Origin: Candidatus Bathyarchaeota archaeon
GTDB lineage: Archaea; Thermoproteota; Bathyarchaeia; Bathyarchaeales; Bathycorpusculaceae
NCBI GenBank assembly: GCA_963827165.1
Contig: CAWGZR010000006.1
Coordinates: 78,166-142,165 of the forward strand
Direction: 5' to 3'
DNA: 64,000 nucleotides
Part shown: in pieces, positions 30,490 to 39,952 of the stretch
How the letters are laid out: the number at the start of each line of letters is the position of its first letter
How positions within the stretch are numbered: position 1 is the first letter of the stretch
Made by a program: the position numbers and the translations under genes
Notes under the pieces: model-generated
What the model was told of the DNA's origin: nothing
Database searches by the model: none
Seen by the model: the letters and a program-made list of their open reading frames with translations, nothing else

Positions 30490-30667
30490 TTAATCGAAAA
30501 TGGGCTAGCTGAGTATTTAAGTTTCATTGACTGAACGTCGCTTGAAAAGGTCTAATTTACTGACAAATACTTTTATTTTGCTGCGTCTGCATAGCTTTAC
30601 TGCACATTTTTCGAGCTAGCAACGCAGCAGTTAGCAAGGGGCTAGTCGATTTTGATCGGGGGATTAT

Positions 30668-31444
30668 GTGGCAAAAAAGAAAAGATTTCCGAATCAAGCA
30701 GTTATTCTAGCTCTAATTTGGATTATGCTGTTAGTGTTGTCCCTTTCTTTTCTGTCGGCTCTGGCATCACTTTTTCAAGGTAACCCGCAAGGCGAAACCC
30801 TCTCTAGCGAAAGCTGGGCGGGATACGTAATTGGGAGAAACGCCAACCCAGACATTTCAGTCACCGGGATGAACGCTTCCTGGACTGTTCCCCGAGTTGC
30901 CACTTCGATCAGCGATGAGCACACGTCTGTGTGGATCGGGGTTGGGGGTCAATTGGATGATACGTTGATTCAGGAGGGAACCGAGCAAGACGCGAGTGGA
31001 GGGCAAGAAACCTATTATGCATGGTACGAGTTGCTCCCTAATTACGCTGTGAAAATCAACACGATAGCGATTGATCCAGGCGACATCGTTGTTGCATCTT
31101 TACGCCTCGTCGATCCATCCACAAACCGGTGGAACCTGCAGTTAAGCGATTCAACAACTGGGCAATACTTTGGCACAACAGTCTACTACAACTCCACAGG
31201 CTCTTCTGGCGAGTGGATAGTTGAACGACCCACAGTAAGTGACAAGATAAGCACACTGGCAAATTTCGGAAGCGTCACTTTCACCAGCTGCCACCTATCG
31301 ACGGCAGCCAAGTCGGGTTCAGCAAAAGCGTTCTATTTCTCAAGACTAGATATGACCAACAGCGCCAATGCACAGTTAACAACGGTTTCTAATCTTTCAG
31401 TAAGCGGAACAGAATTCACCGTAGATTACATTCCACAAAAATAG
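30668..31444 (+). CDS. Family G1 glutamic peptidase, membrane-anchored
   Basis: SESWAGY, WIGVGG, LIQEGT (catalytic Q), AWYELLP, SGEWIVERP (catalytic E). Confidence 0.9.
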   Translation: MAKKKRFPNQAVILALIWIMLLVLSLSFLSALASLFQGNPQGETLSSESWAGYVIGRNANPDISVTGMNASWTVPRVATSISDEHTSVWIGVGGQLDDTLIQEGTEQDASGGQETYYAWYELLPNYAVKINTIAIDPGDIVVASLRLVDPSTNRWNLQLSDSTTGQYFGTTVYYNSTGSSGEWIVERPTVSDKISTLANFGSVTFTSCHLSTAAKSGSAKAFYFSRLDMTNSANAQLTTVSNLSVSGTEFTVDYIPQK

Positions 31445-31450
31445 GTGGGA

Positions 31451-31984
31451 TTATTTGCCTGCTGAGAGGGCGGCGGAAAGAGCCTCGGCACTTTTCTGAA
31501 TTTCTTTTGTCACGCTGGAAAGCAGCTTGATGCGGTTTTCAAGTTTGCGTTTTTGCATGCTTGCTAATCCTTTGAATTTGGGCATGGCGTCTTCAATAAC
31601 GGCGGTCAGAATTTCACGGTTTTTTTCTTCGCGCAGGTCTTTTAGTTCTACGTGATCGTCTTCGTACCGTAGAATTAGGTGCCCCGTCTGATCCAGATGA
31701 GCTTGGACAACGTCGCCTAATTGAGAGGGAAGTGCTAATTGATCAACGACTATTGTGGGAGATAGTGGCTGCATCAATTTAAGGAGAGAAGAGAAAAACT
31801 GAGAAACCAAAATTTTTTCTTCCGAACTCAACTCGCTTATTTGTCCAATGTCATCCGCCGTGCTTTTAAGGGATTCAACGAGTTCCTGAATTGAGACTTG
31901 TCGCTTTCTTTCTGGCTGCTTAGTTGGTTGCAAAGTGTAGAGTGCCGATGGCTCTTCTTTAATTACAGCTGCTTCTTGGGTCAA
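31451..31984 (-). CDS. Hypothetical helical protein
   Basis: 177-aa ORF with coiled-coil C-terminus. Confidence 0.7.
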   Translation of the reverse strand: MTQEAAVIKEEPSALYTLQPTKQPERKRQVSIQELVESLKSTADDIGQISELSSEEKILVSQFFSSLLKLMQPLSPTIVVDQLALPSQLGDVVQAHLDQTGHLILRYEDDHVELKDLREEKNREILTAVIEDAMPKFKGLASMQKRKLENRIKLLSSVTKEIQKSAEALSAALSAGK

Positions 31985-32377
31985 GGTTCATCAAAAGGTA
32001 GATGCAACATTTAGAGACAAAAGCGCTTGTACGTCAAAAAAAATATGCACACAATGTCTCTCAGATTGCTTTCCTAATTGGCGCCTCTGGAAGCGGCTAA
32101 TAAGCACTTGGGTAGAAATTGACTTTCCCTCTGAAAAAGCAACCCGAAATAACCCCTTAAGCAGAATCCATCTGCCCTGCAAGGATACAAACATATCTAG
32201 AGTAAAATTCCAACACAAAAAACAAAACCAAGCCATCCACCAGCCGCTTACTCCCCAGGGGTACCCCATCCTACAGTCCAAAACCAACACGAATATGGAT
32301 TCTTCTAACCTCGCATGCGCCTTCTGTTTCTCCCTTGCGCGTAGCTTTTGGCAGCGTAATAAGCATTAATTTATAAA

Positions 32378-33937
32378 TTGATAAACCCATTAGAAAAGAG
32401 AACCGAAATGACATTGACAGGAAATAAGTCTCCAGACGCGCCAGTTGCCGAACATCAGCCCGAACAAGCTAAAGAGCTTCAGAAAGAAAAAACCAAGACT
32501 AAAGCGAAAGGGCTACAAGTAGGAAAATACGAGGTTTCCGACGGCAAATTGAGATTCTTCAAAGCAAAGGGATTCGGCAAGAAGAAATGGGTCCTTGTAC
32601 GCGAAATCCCCGTACTCGCGATTGAGCATGTTGAAAGTGACGGTAACGAACTCGGCTTGACCGTGAACGGGACCGCAGAATGGTTCTCCTCCAAAGATGA
32701 GACAGGCATATTCAACAACCTCACACAGCAACTTAACGCCCAACCCGTTGAAGACACATCGCCACAACTGGAGGCATTCCATTCACAACAGGAAACCCCT
32801 AAGTCCGACCAACCTCAGCAAGAAAAAGCCCAAACGCAAATAGAACCACCACAATTGCACGCGGAAACGCAACAACTTGTCCAGGAAACCCCGTCTCAAC
32901 CGCGACCTGGTCAGGTTCAGCAAGAATGCCCGCCAGTGCAGGAGCCTACGCATCAACTTGATCTCCAAGCGCAAGAGCAAACACGAAAGAAAAACAAGGA
33001 GCTTATGGGAAAGATGGAAAGCCCTATGGTCGTAAAATACGAGGTTTCTGAGGGCAGAATCAGGCTTTTGGCAGCTAGCGGATTCTTCAAGAAAAAATGG
33101 GTTTTGATCCGCGAGATACCCGTACTTGAGGTCGAAAAAATCGAAGCTGAGGAAAACAAATTAACAGTAACATGGAGAGGAACATCTGAATCCTTCAATA
33201 CAAAAGAAAAGACCGTTTCCTTCAAAGCTTTAGTTGATCAAGTAAACGGAACACTTGAGGAGCAACGAAAAAGTAAGGAGTCCGCAGAAACCAACGAGAA
33301 AGACGCCATGAGAAAAAATGAGTTGCTTGCGGTAATCAACAAGTCTGTCGACATCGTTAACCAAGCATTCAATTTACTCGTTGACTTGCAAGACAAAAGG
33401 ATAAACTGGGAGCAAATCGAAGCCTATGCAGCCGGAGTCGGAGATAACTTGAACTTCAAAGGGCAAACGCTGCCTCCGTTGAGCGTGGATTACACGAAAA
33501 TCGGTTCAGCCGCGAAGATGCAGATACCGCGTGACGCGTCGAAGGAGGCATTCGATGTTTTGAAGGGTACATATGAGTATTTTGACCTCTTAAAACCTGA
33601 AGAAGACAATAAACAAGACCCGTTGAATTTCCAAACGGCCCAAACCCTGATTTCAGCATACTTTATGATAAACGACCTATTGCTAGGCAGGTTCGTAGGG
33701 GACAAAAACAACGCGAGAGAAATAAGCGAGCTCGAAGCTGCGCTGAAAAGTCTGGCGGGGGTTGGCTTCAAAGTTGATATTGAGGCGCTTAGAGGTAGCA
33801 TTGGCGTAGAAGGCGAGAAGCAAACAGTAATAGAGGATTGCCGCGCTATTTTTAAAGAGCAGTTGAAACATCTTCCAGACCTTTCCTACGAAACGGAAAA
33901 CAAGTCGGTTCTGCCTTCAGAAGATTTGGAGGCTTAG
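32378..33937 (+). CDS. Hypothetical protein with an internally duplicated beta-rich domain
   Basis: KYEVSDGKLRFFKAKGFGKKKWVLVREIPVL and KYEVSEGRIRLLAASGFFKKKWVLIREIPVL, separated by a Q/P/E linker. Confidence 0.85.
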   Translation: MINPLEKRTEMTLTGNKSPDAPVAEHQPEQAKELQKEKTKTKAKGLQVGKYEVSDGKLRFFKAKGFGKKKWVLVREIPVLAIEHVESDGNELGLTVNGTAEWFSSKDETGIFNNLTQQLNAQPVEDTSPQLEAFHSQQETPKSDQPQQEKAQTQIEPPQLHAETQQLVQETPSQPRPGQVQQECPPVQEPTHQLDLQAQEQTRKKNKELMGKMESPMVVKYEVSEGRIRLLAASGFFKKKWVLIREIPVLEVEKIEAEENKLTVTWRGTSESFNTKEKTVSFKALVDQVNGTLEEQRKSKESAETNEKDAMRKNELLAVINKSVDIVNQAFNLLVDLQDKRINWEQIEAYAAGVGDNLNFKGQTLPPLSVDYTKIGSAAKMQIPRDASKEAFDVLKGTYEYFDLLKPEEDNKQDPLNFQTAQTLISAYFMINDLLLGRFVGDKNNAREISELEAALKSLAGVGFKVDIEALRGSIGVEGEKQTVIEDCRAIFKEQLKHLPDLSYETENKSVLPSEDLEA

Positions 33938-34078
33938 GTGTAGTAAACATTCAGATATCAGAAAAGATAATTGTCAATAAGTATAAGTGAGACTCCACTG
34001 GGATATTATTTGAAGATTCGCTAGCTTTATCTATAAAGCGCCTCAATAATGAGTCCAGACAAGTGGGGGATAATTAGA

Positions 34079-34636
34079 TTGGCGAAGAATCCACAATCAA
34101 AAGACGATTCATTAGAGGCCTTAGACTTCATCGTTAACGTTCTCAAAGAACATGAAAAAGACCTGGACAAACTCATCAATGAATTGGCAACTGTCACCGA
34201 GCAGCTAGGAGATACAGGCGACATCGGCGGCAAAGTTGAAAAAGTTGAGGAAAAAATCTCCAGCTTACAGAAAGAAGTCACGAACCTAATGAGTTACATT
34301 TCAGGAGTCGGACCCAAGGAACCATTGCCGACGGGGGCGAAAGAAATGCAGGAAGCTATGCCTACTGCTTCTCCAGTGCAGGCGGGAGGTCCTTCAGTGA
34401 TTTTAAGGTGCAAGCAATGGGAAGACTTCCAAAACTTAGCGTCTCAAGCTCAAACCTTATCTTTCAATTATAAAGAAGAAGACAAGGTTTTCCAGGCTGA
34501 CGCACTTAAAGGAAACAGGATAATTACCTACAGCGGCGCATTGCCAAAATTCTCTCAAATCGTAAAAGCATGGCTCTCAAAGGAACTCAGTGTCCCAGAC
34601 AAAAGCATCCTTGAAGGCGTCTTAACTATAAGCTAA
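34079..34636 (+). CDS. Conserved hypothetical protein, paralog of 16977-17546
   Basis: SLEALDFIVNVLKEHEKDLD; CKQWEDF. TTG start chosen after GGGGG; the ORF track starts at 34049. Confidence 0.82.
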   Translation: MAKNPQSKDDSLEALDFIVNVLKEHEKDLDKLINELATVTEQLGDTGDIGGKVEKVEEKISSLQKEVTNLMSYISGVGPKEPLPTGAKEMQEAMPTASPVQAGGPSVILRCKQWEDFQNLASQAQTLSFNYKEEDKVFQADALKGNRIITYSGALPKFSQIVKAWLSKELSVPDKSILEGVLTIS

Positions 34637-34904
34637 ATCTGAATTTTCAAATCATATTCCCAATTCTTAAAACTTATATTCATTTTGCATCAATCTCTTT
34701 TCTGTCAGTGATGGAGGGCTAGTTAAGGTTGAAGGCTATACCACCGAAGCCAAAAAGTTTTTTCCGTTTTCGAAGCCTTCTCCTTTCTCCTCGATGACGG
34801 ATGGCAATGGTAGCCAACACACAAGACGGCCCTCCACCACAAAACATTTTCTCAAAAACAACAAGAATGAACTTGATGATAAATGCGTTGCTCCAAGAAA
34901 ACTG

Positions 34905-34920
34905 CGCCAAAACTTATATC
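34905..34920 (+). promoter_or_regulatory. BRE/TATA promoter for the 25-aa ORF
   Basis: cgccaaaaCTTATATc about 25 nt before GAGGTTGA; the same aaaacttatat string occurs at 34669. Confidence 0.55.
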
Positions 34921-34954
34921 CAATTGACAACAATCATGATTGAGGTTGATTTAT

Positions 34955-35032
34955 TTGGCAGTTGACGCTTCAAGAACAAAGAAGCCGAAGCTTCCTAAAA
35001 AGCGACTCCTTAAGAAAACAAACAGAAGATGA
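34955..35032 (+). CDS. 25-aa highly basic peptide
   Basis: GAGGT SD, TTG start: MAVDASRTKKPKLPKKRLLKKTNRR. Confidence 0.6.
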   Translation: MAVDASRTKKPKLPKKRLLKKTNRR

Positions 35033-35131
35033 ACGGCCCAACAGAGCATCGCCTTCTACTAAATCCAATTAAGAGTATATAACATGCCAAAAGCCTTTCC
35101 AACCCAAGATGGATTTGAGGGTTTTCGCAGT

Positions 35132-35647
35132 TTATTTGGGAGTGGTCAAGTATTTTAGATGGAACGGTTTGATTACGATTCCAGTTTTGAGGTCAGCGTG
35201 GAAAGTTTGGCTTTCGACAACCCATTCAGACAGTTCCGAATCATGAGCTCTTATGAACTCAGCAAAATTCGAGAAATCCTCATGAAGTGAAATGCAGACG
35301 GCGTCCCAACCCATACCTCTTCCATCCAAAACCAGTATTACGCTGGGCTGTTTGAGGTACCAATCCTTCATTTTCTGCAAGGCGTCAGTTTTTTCGTCAC
35401 CTGTTTTAAATTTGAGTTTGCTCTTAAGAAAAGTGAAGGCGGCAATCTCAAACCCTATTTGCCCAAACTTGGGAATAACTGTGTACCCCTCAATAAAATT
35501 GTCTTCAAGCATCGCTCTTCTGCGAGTAACAGTGGGTTGAGAAACACCTAAAGATTTGGCAAGCTGCCTATCGCTTCTATGTGAATCCTTCATTAGTTCG
35601 AAGAGTATTTTGTAATCGATCGGTTTCAGTTCCTTCATTGCAACCAA
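35132..35647 (-). CDS. Lrp/AsnC family transcriptional regulator
   Basis: DYKILFELMKDSHRSDRQLAKSLGVSQPTVTRRR...IEGYTVIP. Confidence 0.9.
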   Translation of the reverse strand: MVAMKELKPIDYKILFELMKDSHRSDRQLAKSLGVSQPTVTRRRAMLEDNFIEGYTVIPKFGQIGFEIAAFTFLKSKLKFKTGDEKTDALQKMKDWYLKQPSVILVLDGRGMGWDAVCISLHEDFSNFAEFIRAHDSELSEWVVESQTFHADLKTGIVIKPFHLKYLTTPK

Positions 35648-35968
35648 CTTTTACCATTCATAGCCATTTTGTTATCATATATAAATCTTGACAAAATTTT
35701 CATCTAAACTTCAGGGTACAACGGATGTGCAGTTCAACATTGCGTTGAATCAATTTTAATATAATTCTTAAAATCTTTCTTTTCTATTCCACTTCCTCTA
35801 TCTTTTCTTTAGCGTTCTAAACGTGTCCCAACATGATTCTTTGATGACCAAGATGTCAAAAAGTAAAGTATAGTTAAAAATTACCCCGGGTTGAGATGGG
35901 GGCAACAGGGACAAATACTTTTAAGAGGAAAATCAGAGTATTAAACACTCTAAAGGAGCCTTAAGGGG

Positions 35969-37327
35969 ATGTCACCTCGAATTTTGAATGATGTCGAACA
36001 GGAGGTCACCCAACTTCTCAGTGACCTAATACGAATAAACACAACCAATCCGCCAGGGCATGAAACCGCATTAGCAAACTACATTGCCAAATACCTAAGC
36101 AAAGACGGTTTCAAAACCGAAGTCATCGAATCTGCTTCCGGAAGAGGCAGCGTAATCGCTAGGCTCAATGGAACGGGGCAAAAACCCAACCTTCTGTTGC
36201 TTTCGCACCTTGACGTGGTTGCAGCTAACCCGCGAGAATGGACCGTTGACCCGTTTGCTGGAGCAGTTAAAGATGGCTACGTTTACGGCAGGGGCGCCTA
36301 CGACATGAAATCCATGACAGCGGTTGAAATCATGGTTTTGAAGCTTTTAAGAAAAAACAATGTCAAACTTAAAGGTGACGTTGTTTTGGCCGGCACTGCG
36401 GGTGAGGAGCAGGGAGGCGAAGAAGGAGCGGGCTACATCCTAAGGAATCATAGAGAAAAAGTTTGGTGCCCATACGTTATCAACGAAGGCGGAGGTTTGG
36501 CTTTTCCGTCAAAACAAGCCTACGTATTCCCAATTCAAACTGCAGAGAAAGGCATTCTTTGGTTAAGGATAAAAGCCAAGGGCACCCCTGGTCACGGATC
36601 CACGCCAAACACAGCTGACAACGCGGTTATCCGAATGACTAAAGTCATCGACAAACTCATAGGCTACAAGCCGCCCACAATCTACGTTCCTACTCTGAAA
36701 AAATTTCTTGCGGAAATGGGTAAGAAAGATCCCCAATTGGAGAAAACTTTTGCTCACTTGCTCGCTAACCCAGACCAAAGCGATCAGATTTTGGATCAAC
36801 TAGCAAAAACGGACAGTGCTCTGGCAGAAGAAATTAGGCCGAGGACAAAAATGACCGTTGCGCCGACGATGATTCGGGGCGGGGTAAAAGAAAACATTAT
36901 TCCGTCTGAATGCGAGGCAGTTTTTGACTGCAGAATTCTTCCGGGGCAAACCATCGAAGAGACATTTGATTTGATCAAAGGGTTGCTTAAGGATGTGGAG
37001 TTGGATAAGTTGAGCTTCGAGTTTATTCAGGCTCACGGCGGCTCCGAATCGATTATGGATACTGATCTCTACCGAACAATCACACATGTTCTAGGGGAGT
37101 TTGAACCCGGCTGCGGAGTGACGCCGACTTTGACTACAGGTGGCACAGATTCACGTTTCTTCAGGGAAGAAGGCAGTATATGTTATGGGTTCCAGCCTAT
37201 GATTCCTGATGAACCTAACGATAAATTAGAAAAACGAATGCATGGGATTGACGAGAGAATAACTGTCAAGAACTTGGTTTACGGAACTAGCGTGCTGTAC
37301 GAAACGGTGAAGAGATTCATGACCTGA
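35969..37327 (+). CDS. M20/M25/M40 family metallohydrolase
   Basis: SHLDVV, GRGAYDMK, EE, GHGS, GGTDSR, MHGIDE. Confidence 0.93.
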   Translation: MSPRILNDVEQEVTQLLSDLIRINTTNPPGHETALANYIAKYLSKDGFKTEVIESASGRGSVIARLNGTGQKPNLLLLSHLDVVAANPREWTVDPFAGAVKDGYVYGRGAYDMKSMTAVEIMVLKLLRKNNVKLKGDVVLAGTAGEEQGGEEGAGYILRNHREKVWCPYVINEGGGLAFPSKQAYVFPIQTAEKGILWLRIKAKGTPGHGSTPNTADNAVIRMTKVIDKLIGYKPPTIYVPTLKKFLAEMGKKDPQLEKTFAHLLANPDQSDQILDQLAKTDSALAEEIRPRTKMTVAPTMIRGGVKENIIPSECEAVFDCRILPGQTIEETFDLIKGLLKDVELDKLSFEFIQAHGGSESIMDTDLYRTITHVLGEFEPGCGVTPTLTTGGTDSRFFREEGSICYGFQPMIPDEPNDKLEKRMHGIDERITVKNLVYGTSVLYETVKRFMT

Positions 37328-37563
37328 GTCTCCCAAAAAACCTCTTCGGGCCATTACATTTCTCGTTTGCAGTGAGCGGAGCTTCAGAAAGCCACATTCA
37401 AAAAATAAATAGCGCCATCGCTTTGATGCTATCGCGGTTTTAGAATTATCGTTTTTTCCAGTCCCAGAAGGCCAAACCTCATTAATTAGCCCACTAAAAT
37501 GTTTTATACTATCAGCAACCATCTAGGAAAATATAGAACGCAAGTTTCGGTGTCAACCCTTAA

Positions 37564-38106
37564 ATGACCAGCACTCAAACATTAACCAAGCCAACCGCAA
37601 AAAACTTTGAGGCATACAAAACTATTGGGTTAATTTCAGACACGCATGTGCCAATGATCGCGGCTAAAGTGCCACAGAAGGTTTTTGAAATCTTCCAGAA
37701 CGTTGACTTCATTGTTCACGCCGGCGACTTGGTAGAATTGTCAGTCATTGACGAGTTGGAGCAGGCTGCGCCTGTTTTGGCGGTTCGAGGCAATATGGAC
37801 AACGCGGAGGCATGCGACGGATTGCCCATCCTTGATTCTCTTAAGATTTTCGGGTGGAAAATTGGTGTCATGCATGATCCAGACGTCTTGAGCGGGTCAG
37901 ATAAAATGAGGTATATTGCGGCTGAAAATGGCTTTAACGTTCTTGTTTATGGGCACACTCATAGTCCAAGGATTAAGTGGGAAACTGAAACCCTTTTTGT
38001 CAATCCTGGCAGCCCAACTGACCCAGCATCTTTTCTTGATCAGCCTTCGGTGGGGTTGCTTCAGATCACGAAGAAAACGATAACGCCGCAGATCGTCAAT
38101 CTTTAA
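37564..38106 (+). CDS. YfcE-like metallophosphoesterase
   Basis: ISDTH, HAGD, VRGNMD, GHTH, NPGS. Confidence 0.92.
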   Translation: MTSTQTLTKPTAKNFEAYKTIGLISDTHVPMIAAKVPQKVFEIFQNVDFIVHAGDLVELSVIDELEQAAPVLAVRGNMDNAEACDGLPILDSLKIFGWKIGVMHDPDVLSGSDKMRYIAAENGFNVLVYGHTHSPRIKWETETLFVNPGSPTDPASFLDQPSVGLLQITKKTITPQIVNL

Positions 38107-38561
38107 CCCATCAATGCAGCCCAATAAAGAATGGCGTAGAGTATGACGCCGAAAACCAAAGCTGCAAGCCACACAGTCAAGGTTGTGAACATGATTCGTT
38201 TCCTCATGAAGCACCCACTTAGACCACTTCTTCGATATGAAATCACAAGGAAGAGCCCTAACGAAACCGCAACGGCTCCAAGTGGCACATGAACCAAAGT
38301 GACGATTGAGGTTAAGCCAGAGGCGTGGGCAACAACAAAAACTGGGATTAGGGCCAGGATTAGTGCGGGAACCATGAACACAAATATCATTGCTAAATGC
38401 AGAGTCAAAGCTGCTGTCATTGCCCGTGCATGCTGCTCATACATTGACTTGCTTTTTAACCAGTAACCGTAAAGCAGCAGAAGCAAAACGATTGCTTGAA
38501 TAGTTAGGCTAAGTGTAGCAAATATGAGGAATGGGTTGTTAAAAAGGGACATGCTGCTCAT
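38103..38561 (-). CDS. Four-helix membrane protein (DUF420-like)
   Basis: Four hydrophobic segments with His (HARAM, HL, HVPLG). Confidence 0.65.
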   Translation of the reverse strand: MSSMSLFNNPFLIFATLSLTIQAIVLLLLLYGYWLKSKSMYEQHARAMTAALTLHLAMIFVFMVPALILALIPVFVVAHASGLTSIVTLVHVPLGAVAVSLGLFLVISYRRSGLSGCFMRKRIMFTTLTVWLAALVFGVILYAILYWAALMG

Positions 38562-38686
38562 TTTACCTCAGATTTCTGGACGTATAAAGCTTCACTTTCA
38601 GTCATCCCTCCCCTGAGTCAAAAAGTCGTATGAGCAACTGCCTTAAAAGCGAAAAACGCCAAAAGACGATTCTAGAGGTAAAGAAA

Positions 38687-38824
38687 ATGGAGCATTGTAA
38701 AAACCCCTGGAAAGACAACTGCAAAAGTGAAAATATCAAACTCTATATCGAGTTAAAGGGCGAAAAACTGCCAATATGCCAGCAATGCTGGAACAAAATC
38801 GCTGACGAAGAAATCGAGTGGTGA
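38687..38824 (+). CDS. Small four-Cys zinc-finger protein
   Basis: GAGGT SD; MEHCKNPWKDNCK...LPICQQCW. Confidence 0.7.
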   Translation: MEHCKNPWKDNCKSENIKLYIELKGEKLPICQQCWNKIADEEIEW

Positions 38825-39066
38825 AATGCTTGGAGAGTTTTAGTGCTAACAGCGCCAAATCGTACCTTGGCAGAAACGTTAACTTGCATTTGAAAGACGG
38901 CGCAGTCATAGTAAACGTTCATTTAACGGGAATCAACAAAACTTCGGGAAAAAATAATCAAATCGAATTCGACGCATCTGGAAAACGCAAAACTAGCCGT
39001 ATACCTCTAAGAAACATCGCGTGGGCTGAACTTATAAACGCGAATCTTATGCAGAAAGCCTCCTAA
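38818..39066 (+). CDS. Small Sm/LSm-like fold protein
   Basis: YLGRNVNLHLKDGAVIVNV...RIPLRNIAWAE resembles Sm1/Sm2 strands. Confidence 0.55.
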   Translation: MVKCLESFSANSAKSYLGRNVNLHLKDGAVIVNVHLTGINKTSGKNNQIEFDASGKRKTSRIPLRNIAWAELINANLMQKAS

Positions 39067-39117
39067 AACAGCGCAAAGGGCATAAAAGGAAAAATAGCAG
39101 ATTGATAATTCAAATTT

Positions 39118-39498
39118 ATGCGTTGCTCAAACTGCGGGGTTTGCTGCACAGACACTGAGATGTTGCTATCAAAAAAAGACATGGAACGTCTGGCAAATCG
39201 CGGGTTCAAAGCTGATTTCTTCGCCAAAATCGACAACGAAGGTTATGTACAACTTAAGAACAACGGAGGCTACTGCGTATTTTACGACCCAAAGAACCAT
39301 CGATGCAACGTTTACATCGATAGGCCTGCCGGCTGCCGAGTCTATCCTGTTATTTTAGATGAAGAAAAAGGAATTATCCTTGATGACATTTGCCACTCAA
39401 GGTATACTATTTCGGATGAAGAAAAAAAAGTGAAGGGAAAACGGGTCGTAAAGCTTCTCGAAAGAATTGATTCTGAAGCCGAAAATAGATGTTTGTAA
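39118..39498 (+). CDS. YkgJ family cysteine-cluster protein
   Basis: CSNCGVCC, CVFY...CNVYIDRPAGCRVYP. Confidence 0.9.
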   Translation: MRCSNCGVCCTDTEMLLSKKDMERLANRGFKADFFAKIDNEGYVQLKNNGGYCVFYDPKNHRCNVYIDRPAGCRVYPVILDEEKGIILDDICHSRYTISDEEKKVKGKRVVKLLERIDSEAENRCL

Positions 39499-39681
39499 GA
39501 AGACAACGTTTTAGAGTTTCAGTTTGTTTTGCATTGACAACAGAATATTGTTTTGGTGCTTGGTTTTTGATTTCTTAGGTGGGCACTATGCTTGTTCTGA
39601 CCAGTTTGCCGCAATTGTCACAAATAGACTGTACTTGAGCCACTCGGGGTGTTACTTTACAGGATCCTTATTGGCAAAAAA

Positions 39682-39828
39682 TCAAGGTCCTTCTTTTGAA
39701 GCTTTATCCTTGGCAAGCAGGTATTCAACGTATTCCCTCATTGTGCAGTTGCTTTCCGCAGCTCGCTTCCTGATGTCTGCGTGGACTTTTTGGGTAACCG
39801 TTATGCATTTGTATCCTCTACGTGGCAA
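39682..39828 (-). CDS. Ribbon-helix-helix-like microprotein (48 aa)
   Basis: TTG start: MPRRGYKCITVTQKVHADIRKRAAESNCTMREYVEYLLAKDKASKEGP. Confidence 0.7.
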   Translation of the reverse strand: MPRRGYKCITVTQKVHADIRKRAAESNCTMREYVEYLLAKDKASKEGP

Positions 39829-39952
39829 GGCTCATAATCTCCTTTCCGTACTTTACAGTACAATGAAATATATGATTAACGGTGAATCGTGAACAGTATT
39901 AAAAGCTTATATTAATGTACGTCCGCTAACTATGGTTGAGAGGGTACAATAA

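Noticed and set aside
32130-32230. Possible fifth leader copy (cctgcaagg...caacacaaaaaacaaa, and aaagcaaccc)
   Set aside because: Needs gaps, the matching parts are low complexity, and no clear array follows; retest with a profile search.
34705-34805. Fluoride riboswitch or Sec read-through at TGA
   Set aside because: GATGG and GATGAC are present but the required pairing and a crcB-type gene are absent; no selenoprotein motif or SECIS seen.
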